Origin: Candidatus Giovannonibacteria bacterium
Lineage (GTDB): Bacteria; Patescibacteriota; Minisyncoccia; UBA11713; 2-01-FULL-45-33
Direction: 5' to 3'
NCBI GenBank assembly: GCA_016432405.1
Contig: CP066687.1
Location: 219,040-283,039 of the forward strand
Length of the DNA: 64,000 nucleotides
In this document: positions 18,723 to 27,197 of the stretch, piece after piece
Layout of the letters: each line of letters opens with the position of its first letter
Position numbering within the stretch: position 1 is the stretch's first letter
Made by a program: the position numbers and the translations under genes
The notes under the pieces: generated by a model
Told to the model about the DNA's origin: nothing
Seen by the model: only the letters and a program-made list of their open reading frames with translations
The model's database searches: none

Positions 18723-19793
18723 ATGATTAAATTCGTAGATTTTACAAGAGAATACATATCTATAAAGAGCGAAATAGACGCCGCTATCAAGAAAGTCTTG
18801 CGGCGCGGAGTTTTCATTTTGGGTCCGGAGGTGGAAAATTTTGAAAAAAAATTCGCGAAATATTGCGGCGTCCGATACGCCGTGGGAGTCGCGTCCGGCA
18901 CGGACGCGCTCTATTTGAGCTTGCTGGCTTTGGGTATTGGGCGAGGAGATGAGGTGATTGTGCCGGTAAATACCGCTTTGGCGACTGCTATGGCCGTTAA
19001 GATGAGCGGAGCCAAGCCGGTTTTTTGCGACTCTGATGAAAATTTTTTGATAGACATAGACAAAATCCCGGCGCTTATAAATAAAAAAACAAAAGCGCTT
19101 ATCCCAGTGCATCTTTACGGCAGGGCGTGCAATATGGATAAATTAAGAGTCGTCGCAAAAAAACACAAACTATTTTTAATAGAAGATTGCGCGCAGGCGG
19201 CTGGGGCAAAATGGCGCGGCAAAAAAGCCGGCGGCTGGGGGGATTTTAGCTGCTTTAGTTTTTATCCGACAAAGAATTTGGGCGCTTACGGGGATGGGGG
19301 AGCCGTAACAACAAATAGCGAAGACCATTATAAAAAATTACGGGCATTGCGCTTTTACGGGGCGCACGACCGGATAACCAGCGCGATGTTCGGCATAAAC
19401 AGCCGTTTGGACGAAAAGCAGGCCGCGATTTTGAGCGTTAAGTTGAAATATCTGGATAACTGGAACAAAAAAAGAGCGTCCCTGGCCGATCTTTATAGAA
19501 AACTGATTACTAATAAAAATATTACTTTGCCTGCGGCAAATTCTGGCGAACACGTCTATCATTTATTCGTCGCGCGCGCGAAAAACCGCGACGCTCTGAT
19601 GAACGTGCTGAAAAAGAAAAGCGTTCAAACTATGATTCACTATCCGCTTCTTCTTCATGAGCAGCCGGTTTTTAATTACAAAGGCAAATTTGCCAACGCC
19701 GAAAAATATTCCAAAGAAATTTTTTCTTTGCCTATTCATCCGTTTTTGAAAAAAGAAGAAGTAGCGCGGATAGCCAAAATTTTAAATGCGTGA
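18723..19793 (+). CDS. DegT/DnrJ/EryC1 aminotransferase (FdtB-like)
   Basis: VASGTDAL, PVHLYG, EDCAQA, SFYPTKNLGAYGDGG and NSRLDE. Start moved to ATG 18723. Confidence 0.9.
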   Translation: MIKFVDFTREYISIKSEIDAAIKKVLRRGVFILGPEVENFEKKFAKYCGVRYAVGVASGTDALYLSLLALGIGRGDEVIVPVNTALATAMAVKMSGAKPVFCDSDENFLIDIDKIPALINKKTKALIPVHLYGRACNMDKLRVVAKKHKLFLIEDCAQAAGAKWRGKKAGGWGDFSCFSFYPTKNLGAYGDGGAVTTNSEDHYKKLRALRFYGAHDRITSAMFGINSRLDEKQAAILSVKLKYLDNWNKKRASLADLYRKLITNKNITLPAANSGEHVYHLFVARAKNRDALMNVLKKKSVQTMIHYPLLLHEQPVFNYKGKFANAEKYSKEIFSLPIHPFLKKEEVARIAKILNA

Positions 19794-21522
19794 ACACGGC
19801 TTGATTATTATTTTGGGGCTCCTTCTGACTCTTTTGATTGAGGCGCCGCTTTTGGTGTTTCCTTTTGTTTCAAAAAATTATCAGGGCATCAACATTCCGC
19901 ATTTCGGCACCGATTCGCATTTTTATTTAAGCCGCGCCAAAGAAGCTTTGGAAGGGCGCGGCATGGGCAATCCGTGGCTGCGCGAAGGCAAGGAGCGGCA
20001 AGACATTATGTTTATGTATAACGAGCGCGCGCTTACTGCGCCGATAAGATTTCTGGGGCTTGCTGATAGAATCAATGTTGTAACTCTGTATAACATCTAT
20101 AATTTTATCGGGATTTTTATTTTGATTTTACTTGCTTATTTTTTTGTTTGGCAACTTTCGGGAAGCAAACTTTTATCCGCCGTCGCGGCGGTGTTTGCGA
20201 TCGGCGGCTACCATATTGTCTACAGGCAATTTCTTTACAATGATTTCAACATCTACGGCCGGCCGATGTTTCCTTACATGAGTTCTTTGGCTTTTTTTGC
20301 GTATTTAAATCTTTTAGTGTTATGGCTTAGGACGAAAAAATTTATTTACGGGCTTTTCTCCGCCGTCGCGCTTGGTTCGCTTTTTTACATATACTTTTTT
20401 GCCTGGACTTTCGCTTTGGCTTTAAACGGAGCGCTGTTTTTGCTGTATTTTCTAAAGCGCGAATGGGCGCCCGCAAAATCGCTGACTCTTATTTCCGCGG
20501 CCGGCGTACTTATCGGGTTTTATAATCTTTTTCAGATGTGGGCGCTCTTTCAATCCGACATCGGCGCGCAGATTGCGTATTTCCATTGGTCAAGCCGCAC
20601 GCATCTGCCGATTTTCAGTAAAATCGGCGCCGCCATGCTTTTGCTCCTCGCGTTTTTTTGGTACCGGAAACGAAATAATGAAAGGATTATTTTAATTTCG
20701 GCTTTGATTTTGGCCGGCTGGATTTCTTTAAACCAACAAATAATCACCGGCAAGGCGGTTGAGATCGGGCATTACTACTGGTATTTCATTGTCCCGCTTT
20801 CCATTCTCGCCGGCTTGTACATGTTATGGGAACTGCTGGATAATTTCGCGTGGCGGAAGCAGTTGTTTGCGTCTATGCTGGTTGTCGTATTTTTGCACGG
20901 CGCACTGGGGCAGTATCGTTCTTTTTTCATTACCTTGCCGGGGAAGGAATATGAGCAATCATACCGGCCGATAATTGCGGAATTAAAAAAAGACGCTGCC
21001 CCCGGAGTTGTATTGGCCGCGGACGACTATTTGGCTTATCTGATTGCAATTTATACCGACCGTGATTTATTTTGGGCGGGAGCGGCTTCGCAGACGATAA
21101 TGCCTTTTTCGCGTTTTTCCGACATGCTTTATGTTTACGCATATTTAAATAAAGAGGCGCGAGGGGATTTTGCCGGCTACTTGCGCAGCTTGATGAGCGA
21201 TGCAACCGACGACTCTTTTTATAAAGGCCTTTACGGATTTATAGAGGGGTTTTCCTCCGGCATGGATTATTATGATTATGTTTATAAAGCGAAAACAGAC
21301 AAAAATGTTATAGGTCCGCACAGGGAGCGGCTGATTGCCGATCTCGCTCGCGAATATTCTCAATTGACGGGCGGCGGCGGGATGGCCGGCTTGTTGAAAA
21401 AATACGGCGTCAAATACATTGTTTGGGACAAAAACAGACATCCCGAATGGGACTTGTCTTTTCTGAAATTTAAACTGCTTCTTGAGCATAACAATATAGA
21501 CCTTTACGAGGTTATATATTGA
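19786..21522 (+). CDS. Polytopic membrane protein, putative GT-C glycosyltransferase (paralog 3)
   Basis: Shares GTDSHFY, YIYFFAWTF, NQQIITG, HYYWYF and WDKNRHPEWDL with paralogs 1 and 2. Confidence 0.6.
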   Translation: MREHGLIIILGLLLTLLIEAPLLVFPFVSKNYQGINIPHFGTDSHFYLSRAKEALEGRGMGNPWLREGKERQDIMFMYNERALTAPIRFLGLADRINVVTLYNIYNFIGIFILILLAYFFVWQLSGSKLLSAVAAVFAIGGYHIVYRQFLYNDFNIYGRPMFPYMSSLAFFAYLNLLVLWLRTKKFIYGLFSAVALGSLFYIYFFAWTFALALNGALFLLYFLKREWAPAKSLTLISAAGVLIGFYNLFQMWALFQSDIGAQIAYFHWSSRTHLPIFSKIGAAMLLLLAFFWYRKRNNERIILISALILAGWISLNQQIITGKAVEIGHYYWYFIVPLSILAGLYMLWELLDNFAWRKQLFASMLVVVFLHGALGQYRSFFITLPGKEYEQSYRPIIAELKKDAAPGVVLAADDYLAYLIAIYTDRDLFWAGAASQTIMPFSRFSDMLYVYAYLNKEARGDFAGYLRSLMSDATDDSFYKGLYGFIEGFSSGMDYYDYVYKAKTDKNVIGPHRERLIADLAREYSQLTGGGGMAGLLKKYGVKYIVWDKNRHPEWDLSFLKFKLLLEHNNIDLYEVIY

Positions 21523-21523
21523 T

Positions 21524-23173
21524 ATGCAGAGCGGCAGGGAAACTATCGTAATCGTTGGCTATGGCTGGGTGGGGCAGGCAAACGCCTTGGCGCTTACTCG
21601 GATGGGACACGAGGTTTTTTACTATGACATCGCGCCGCCTGTTTTGAGATATGCGGATAAGCACGCCGAGCTTTATGAAAGAATAAAACCGCTCGGAGAA
21701 GTTTTAGAAAAAGACGGCGAAAACACTTGGTATATTGTCGCCGTGGGAGACAGGGTGCTGGAAGACGGCTCGCAGGATATAACGCTTATAAAAAAAACCT
21801 TGGACGCGTTGAAACCGGCGCGCGGCAGAATAATTTTGCGCTCAACCGTTTTGTCGCAAAATTTGGAGAAGCTCAATTTTGATTTTTATGTTCCGGAATT
21901 TTTGCACGAACGCCACGCGGTTGAAGAATGCTTGAACCCGTATTATTTTGTTTTGGGCAAGCGAGGCAATATAGATGAACCAAATTTTTTGATGGACTGG
22001 CGGCTCCGGGCTAAAAAAGTTTTTAAAGGCACCCCCAAGCAGGCGTCCTACATCAAATATCTCTCCAATCTTTGGAACGCGGCCAGAGTCGCTTTTATAA
22101 ATGAATTCGGTGACTTGGCGCGGGACGAGGCGGTTATTGATTTTGTTTTTGAGAAAAAAAATTATTTGAGATATGGACAGGCGTTCGGCGGGCATTGCCT
22201 GCCCAAGGACCTTTTGGCGTTCTGGAGCGCGCACGCGGCGGATAAGAATGTAGAGCTCCTTCGCGCGGCTTATTTAAGCAATGAGCTCCACAAAAAAAGC
22301 GAGGCGGAGCAGGGCCCTTTGCCGGAATGGTTTTCGTCTTGGGAGGAGGAGCGGCGGGCGCTCGGCGAGATGCGCACGGGGGCTTTTTTGTGGAATAAAT
22401 TTAATTTAGCGCCGCCGGTTCAGGCGGCGCGGAGGAGATTAAGGTTTTTGGTGAATATCGCCTCGCGCCTTACTCCGAAGAGGTCGTTGGGAAACGTTAA
22501 AGAGATTTGGAATGATTTGGCGCGCAAAAACGCCAGATATTTCACGAACACCAAAACGCCGAGCGGCCGGGACGTAAATGAATTTGAGCTTCGGGAAACT
22601 GGTTTGGCGGATTATGAAAAATATGTCGCCGAGGATACTTTGCTCGCGCCGGTTTTGCGCAATCCGCCAGCTGGCCCCGACGGCACCGTCGGGGCTGGCG
22701 GACAAAATCAGTCAAGCGTTCTGGAGGTCGGCTGCGGGCTTGGGAGAATGACGGAATTTTTTCCGCGGCATTTTGCCAAAACTTCGGCTATTGATATCTC
22801 GGATATTATGGTGGAAAGCGCCAAAAAAAGGGTGGCGGACGCGAAAAACATAGATTTTAAAATTTCTGACGGCAAAACCATTGCCTTTCCGGACAATCAT
22901 TTTAATTTGGTTTTTTCATACCAGACGCTTCAGCATATCCCCGCGCGCGAAATTTTGGCTGAAAAATTTACAGAAATTTATCGGACATTGAAGCCCGGCG
23001 GGATGGCGAAACTGCATCTTCGCACTGGGCGTGGCCCCTACAAATGGCACTGGGCGTACGGCGTTTCGGTAACGCCCGTTGAAACAAAAGGGCTTGCCGA
23101 AACCGCCGGTTTTAAATTTATCAAGCACGAAATAGAAAACCCAAAAAGCTTATGGGTTTGGCTTGCTAAATAA
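21524..23173 (+). CDS. NDP-sugar dehydrogenase-like domain fused to SAM methyltransferase
   Basis: VGYGWVG, LRSTV, PEFL, IKYLSN and FGGHCLPKD; then LEVGCGLGR, FPDNHF and LKPGG. Confidence 0.8.
   Translation: MQSGRETIVIVGYGWVGQANALALTRMGHEVFYYDIAPPVLRYADKHAELYERIKPLGEVLEKDGENTWYIVAVGDRVLEDGSQDITLIKKTLDALKPARGRIILRSTVLSQNLEKLNFDFYVPEFLHERHAVEECLNPYYFVLGKRGNIDEPNFLMDWRLRAKKVFKGTPKQASYIKYLSNLWNAARVAFINEFGDLARDEAVIDFVFEKKNYLRYGQAFGGHCLPKDLLAFWSAHAADKNVELLRAAYLSNELHKKSEAEQGPLPEWFSSWEEERRALGEMRTGAFLWNKFNLAPPVQAARRRLRFLVNIASRLTPKRSLGNVKEIWNDLARKNARYFTNTKTPSGRDVNEFELRETGLADYEKYVAEDTLLAPVLRNPPAGPDGTVGAGGQNQSSVLEVGCGLGRMTEFFPRHFAKTSAIDISDIMVESAKKRVADAKNIDFKISDGKTIAFPDNHFNLVFSYQTLQHIPAREILAEKFTEIYRTLKPGGMAKLHLRTGRGPYKWHWAYGVSVTPVETKGLAETAGFKFIKHEIENPKSLWVWLAK
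22663..22702. repeat. In-frame nested GC-rich palindrome
   Basis: TCCGCCAG-CTGG-[CCCCGACGG-CA-CCGTCGGGG]-CTGG-CGGA. Confidence 0.8.
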
Positions 23174-23209
23174 AAACACCCTTGTTATAATCCGTAAGGA
23201 GGTAAAAAT

Positions 23210-24214
23210 ATGAAAAAAATACTGATAACCGGAGGGGCGGGGTTTATTGGATGCCATTTATCCAGGCACCTATTGGACACGCATAAAGAGGATTTAGAGC
23301 TGGTTTTAGTTGACAATCTCCAGCGTGGGACAATGGATGAGGATTTTAAGAAGGTTTTGGAAGACAAACGGGTAACGTTTCTGAATCTTGACCTTACCGA
23401 TCTTGCCTCTTACGCCAAGCTGGGCGCGGGATATGACCACGTCTATCATCTGGCGGCGATTAACGGAACAAAGCTTTTTTACGAAATCCCGCAGGAGGTT
23501 TTGCGCATAAACGCGCTCTCGCTTATCTATATGCTGGAATGGTTCAAAAAGCATAGTGCTCAAGGCAAGTTTTGTTTTACTTCGTCAAACGAAGCATACG
23601 CAAGCGCCCTCTCCGCTTTCGGGAAGCTTCCGATTCCTACGCCGGAGAAAGTTCCTTTGGTGATTGACGATCCCTACAACGCGCGCTGGTCGTACGCTTC
23701 CACCAAGCTAGTGGGTGAATTGTTTGTGATTCACTACGCCAAGGCGTACAACTTCCGGGCGCTTATCGTGCGGCCGCATAACTTTTATGGTCCGCGCGCT
23801 GGGTATCATGGCCACGTCATACCTGATTTTTCAGAAAGAATCGCGGCTAAAGTTGACCCATTTCCGATTTTCGGCGCGGATGAGACGAGGACATTTTGCT
23901 ATATCTCTGACGCCGTGCGGGCTATGCGGATGCTGATGGATTCTCCAAAAACCGACGGCCAGCCGATAGAGACCGTGCATATCGGAGATTTCCATGAAAT
24001 CACAATGAAGGGACTCGCGGAAAAGTTGTTTGAAATCACCGGCTGGAAGCCGGAAAAATTGGATATCAAAACCGCGCCTCCCGGAAGCGTCCGGCGCCGC
24101 CTGGCGGACGTTTCCAAACTTCAAGCCCTTACCGGCTGGAAGCCGGAAGTTTCGCTGGAAGACGGCCTCAAACACACCTACGACTGGTATTTAGCGAATC
24201 CGAAAAAAGGATAA
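23210..24214 (+). CDS. NAD-dependent epimerase/dehydratase
   Basis: ITGGAGFIG, HLAAING, RWSYASTK, RPHNFYGPR and TRTFCYI; AAGGAGGT SD. Confidence 0.9.
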   Translation: MKKILITGGAGFIGCHLSRHLLDTHKEDLELVLVDNLQRGTMDEDFKKVLEDKRVTFLNLDLTDLASYAKLGAGYDHVYHLAAINGTKLFYEIPQEVLRINALSLIYMLEWFKKHSAQGKFCFTSSNEAYASALSAFGKLPIPTPEKVPLVIDDPYNARWSYASTKLVGELFVIHYAKAYNFRALIVRPHNFYGPRAGYHGHVIPDFSERIAAKVDPFPIFGADETRTFCYISDAVRAMRMLMDSPKTDGQPIETVHIGDFHEITMKGLAEKLFEITGWKPEKLDIKTAPPGSVRRRLADVSKLQALTGWKPEVSLEDGLKHTYDWYLANPKKG

Positions 24215-24242
24215 AAAAAGAGCCCCAATGGGGGCTTTTTTG
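24213..24242. terminator. Bidirectional Rho-independent terminator
   Basis: AAAAAAGAGCCCC-AATG-GGGGCTTTTTT between convergent genes. Confidence 0.75.
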
Positions 24243-24248
24243 TCTGGT

Positions 24249-24710
24249 CTATTTGTTATTGCACCGGACGCAGACCCAGTCTTCTCCTTTTATTTTGACT
24301 ATGTCCCGAAGCGGGATTTCCCCATCCGGATCGTAGAGCCGTGTTTTTATCATCGCCTCGCCGCATCTGGGGCAGGAACTTTCCGTTGTCTTGCCGAGAA
24401 ATGCAGGGTAGTGAATATCACCAGCCCGCCAGTCGGCGATATTTTTCAAGATGTTGGTAAGCTCAACGTGTTTAGGGTGTTTTCTATAAGCTTGGAATGC
24501 CTCGTTGCTCTCAAAAATACCGATTTCAACGAGATGAAAATTCTTTCGCAGGTCGAGGTTCCAGTCCACTTTCCAGAAGAGGATTCCTGCTTCTTTGCCG
24601 CCGCAATCTTGATCTAATGTCTGGTAGCGATCATAGACCTCTTGTCTCTTCACCGCCGTAGAGTACTCTTTAAATGAAATCAAAACTACGTGCCATAGAG
24701 CTCTTTGCAT
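24249..24710 (-). CDS. Dabb (stress-responsive A/B barrel) protein with C-terminal Zn-ribbon
   Basis: HVVLISFK...FESNEAFQAYRKHPKHVE; then CPRC...CVRC; AGGAGG SD upstream. Confidence 0.75.
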   Translation of the reverse strand: MQRALWHVVLISFKEYSTAVKRQEVYDRYQTLDQDCGGKEAGILFWKVDWNLDLRKNFHLVEIGIFESNEAFQAYRKHPKHVELTNILKNIADWRAGDIHYPAFLGKTTESSCPRCGEAMIKTRLYDPDGEIPLRDIVKIKGEDWVCVRCNNK

Positions 24711-24750
24711 ATTCGGCCCTCCTTTGTATTTTCAGTCTAGAACTAGAAAT

Positions 24751-24780
24751 ATACTAGCAGATCGCGGTTTATATTGTCAA
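24751..24780 (-). promoter_or_regulatory. Sigma70-type promoter for the Dabb gene
   Basis: Minus strand TTGACA-18 nt-TAGTAT with TG extension. Confidence 0.55.
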
Positions 24781-24787
24781 GCGGATG

Positions 24788-25894
24788 TTATTTCGCAAAA
24801 AACTTTTTTATCTCGTCGCAAACTCTTAAGATATCCTCGTCCGTCAGCGTGAAGGCCGAGGGAAGCCAGAGGGATTTCGGCAAAAGCTCGGTGCTCACCG
24901 GAAAATTGTCATCAGGGAGCTTGTAGGGAGTTTGTCTGTGGATAGGATGCCAGTATTTTCTGCAATCAATATTTTTTTCGCGAAGATATTTTTCAAGTTC
25001 GTCTCGTTTGTCCGTCATAATATCCGTCCATTGCGGCATTTCTTCACTCGTGGACGGAAAAATTTTTATTTCTTTAACATCTTTTAAGTTTTCCGCGTAA
25101 AGCTCGTAATTTCTCTTCATCCTTGCGAATCTTTCCGAAAGATGCGCGAACTGCCCAAGTCCTACGGCAGCCTGCAAATCAGTCATGCGGAAATTGTAGC
25201 CGATTGTATCATGCAGGTCGTCCCCTCCCGTGCCGCGGACCGGGCGGCCTTGATCTTTCAGCGGGCGCAATTTTTTTAAAATTTCATCGCTGTTCGTCAC
25301 AATCATCCCGCCCTGCCCGGTGGCTAAGGTTTTGTTGGCGGCGAAAGAAAAACATCCGGCATCTCCGAACGTGCCCAAATATTTCCCTCCGCCGGAGGCG
25401 GAATGTTTTGAGCCGAGCGCTTCGGCAGCGTCTTCCACCACGAAAATATTATTTTTTTTGGCGATGTCCAAAATGGCTTCCATGTCGGCGACTCTTCCGG
25501 TAACATGCACCGGGATTATCGCTTTGGTTTTGGGCGTTATGGCTTTTTTTACGGCCTCAACGCTCACCGTAAGCGTTTTTGGGTCAATGTCAACTAATAC
25601 CGGTTTCGCGCCTGTGAGCTCCACGGCGTTTGCGGTTGCGATAAAAGTCGCGTCAGGCACGATGACTTCGTCCTCATGCCCGACGCCGACGGCTTTTAAA
25701 GACAAAAAAATGGCCGCTGTGCCGCTGGTCGTCGCTACGGCGTGTTTCGCGCCAACGAAATAAGCGATTTTCTTTTCAAATTCCTCCGTAAGCGGGCCTT
25801 CGTTTATAAAATTGGTGTCCAGCGCTCGCTTGATGAATTCGTAGTCCTCTTTTTCAACCCGCGGCTGCCACCAGGGGATTTTTTTATTTTCCAT
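24788..25894 (-). CDS. DegT/DnrJ/EryC1 aminotransferase (perosamine-synthase-like)
   Basis: SGTAA, TFIATANA, EDAAEA, SFAANKTLATGQGG and GYNFRMTDLQAAVG. Confidence 0.9.
   Translation of the reverse strand: MENKKIPWWQPRVEKEDYEFIKRALDTNFINEGPLTEEFEKKIAYFVGAKHAVATTSGTAAIFLSLKAVGVGHEDEVIVPDATFIATANAVELTGAKPVLVDIDPKTLTVSVEAVKKAITPKTKAIIPVHVTGRVADMEAILDIAKKNNIFVVEDAAEALGSKHSASGGGKYLGTFGDAGCFSFAANKTLATGQGGMIVTNSDEILKKLRPLKDQGRPVRGTGGDDLHDTIGYNFRMTDLQAAVGLGQFAHLSERFARMKRNYELYAENLKDVKEIKIFPSTSEEMPQWTDIMTDKRDELEKYLREKNIDCRKYWHPIHRQTPYKLPDDNFPVSTELLPKSLWLPSAFTLTDEDILRVCDEIKKFFAK
25388..25402. repeat. In-frame short palindrome TCCGCC-GGA-GGCGGA
   Basis: Coincides with a 4-residue insertion relative to the two other DegT paralogs in the window. 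Confidence 0.65.
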
Positions 25895-25895
25895 A

Positions 25896-27113
25896 TTACT
25901 TTATTATTTTTGGCGTTGGCAACGGCATTATAAATTTGCCCTTATATCCGTTTTTGCGGAGTATCTTCATAAGCTCTTCTCCGATGTGCCAGGAAAGCAC
26001 TAAAGCGTAGTCCGGCTGGTCTTTGAATAATTTGTTTTCCTCGAGCACGGGAATATGCGTTCCGGGGGTGAAGAGGCCGATTTTGGGCGAGCCGGCTTTT
26101 TCAACGGAATAATCAAGAATCCGGCTGTCTATTTTCGTAAAGCCCAAAAGGGTGTTGGAGCGGGCGGAACTGGTTATCCCCGCTATTTTTGCCCTTTTTT
26201 GTTTTAAATCAATCAGCAGTTTCAGCAGATTATTTTTCGCGCTTATTGCCTGCGTTCTGAATCGCGCCCAGTTTTTTGGGTCGTAAAGTCCGGCGCGCTC
26301 TTCATCGCGGATAAGTTTTTTGGCGCGTTCGGACATTTTCTTTTTTCCGGCCGCCGCGTAAACCCTTATTGACCCGCCGGCGGCGGAGATGCGCTCGGCG
26401 TCAATCAAGCTCATCCCGGCGAGAGCAAAAAGCTTGATTAAGGGCTTGAGAGAATAAAACCGCAGGTGCTCATGGTATATAGTGTCAAATTCAAATTTTT
26501 CCACGATATCCATAAGATATTGCGATTCGGAAACAAACACTCCGTCCGGCGCAAGCACGTTTTTGATATTTTTTGTAAGCTCAACTGGGTTTGGGATATG
26601 CGCAAAAGTGTTTGTTGCGGTGACGATTTTCGCTTTTCCGTATTTTTTTAATATTTTCTTCGCGGTGCTTTGTGTGAAATATTCCTGTATTGTCGGGATG
26701 CCGCGTTTATTCGCGTCTTTCGCGGCGTCAGTCGGCTCTATCCCCAAAACGCGCACGCCTTTTTCTTTAAAACCCTGAAGGAGTGTTCCGTCGTTTGAGC
26801 CGATATCTATGATTAAGTCATTTTTGGAAAGATTATATTTTTTTTCCACGGAGCCGGCGAGCTCGCGGAAATTCCTGATAAGCATATTCGTAAGCCCGGT
26901 GCGGTACGGATAGTTTTTCGGGAAAACGAGCTCGGGAGCAATGATTGAATCCAGTTGCAAAAGCCCGCATTTCGCGCAGCGGCATAAATTGAGCGGATAA
27001 GTCATTTCCGGTTTGCCCAGTTGTTGTTTTGTTAGATACGCCTGCACAATCGGCTGATGCCCCAAATTCAGCACCGACTCCAGTTTTTTATTTCCGCAGA
27101 TTTGACATTTCAT
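25896..27113 (-). CDS. NDP-hexose C-methyltransferase (TylCIII/NovU-like)
   Basis: MKCQICG...YPLNL...C..CGLLQL, DIGSNDG, FDTIYHEH, GGSIR, PGTHIP and PDYALVLSWH. True start ATG 27113; the ORF-track extension is spurious. Confidence 0.88.
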   Translation of the reverse strand: MKCQICGNKKLESVLNLGHQPIVQAYLTKQQLGKPEMTYPLNLCRCAKCGLLQLDSIIAPELVFPKNYPYRTGLTNMLIRNFRELAGSVEKKYNLSKNDLIIDIGSNDGTLLQGFKEKGVRVLGIEPTDAAKDANKRGIPTIQEYFTQSTAKKILKKYGKAKIVTATNTFAHIPNPVELTKNIKNVLAPDGVFVSESQYLMDIVEKFEFDTIYHEHLRFYSLKPLIKLFALAGMSLIDAERISAAGGSIRVYAAAGKKKMSERAKKLIRDEERAGLYDPKNWARFRTQAISAKNNLLKLLIDLKQKRAKIAGITSSARSNTLLGFTKIDSRILDYSVEKAGSPKIGLFTPGTHIPVLEENKLFKDQPDYALVLSWHIGEELMKILRKNGYKGKFIMPLPTPKIIK

Positions 27114-27119
27114 GACTAT

Positions 27120-27159
27120 ATTATAACCTATTGCATTTAAATTGGTTTTAGTATATACT
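27120..27159. promoter_or_regulatory. Back-to-back divergent promoters
   Basis: Minus strand TATAAT 6 nt before ATG 27113; plus strand TTGCAT-17 nt-TATACT (27131-27159) ahead of the HD gene. Confidence 0.5.
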
Positions 27160-27197
27160 CTACGTTCAGATGCCCAAAACACAGAGGAGGGCTGAAG

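Noticed and set aside
22409-22430. GCGCCGCC-N6-GGCGGCGC stem in the fusion linker
   Set aside because: An 8-bp GC stem is expected by chance and does not match the repeat consensus well.
24228-24617. 129-aa plus-strand ORF
   Set aside because: Antisense to the Dabb gene, starts inside a terminator and has no motifs.
26374-26387. CCGCCGGCGGCGGA as another hairpin insertion
   Set aside because: Encodes the conserved xxGGS(I/L)R motif region of C-methyltransferases with no length change.
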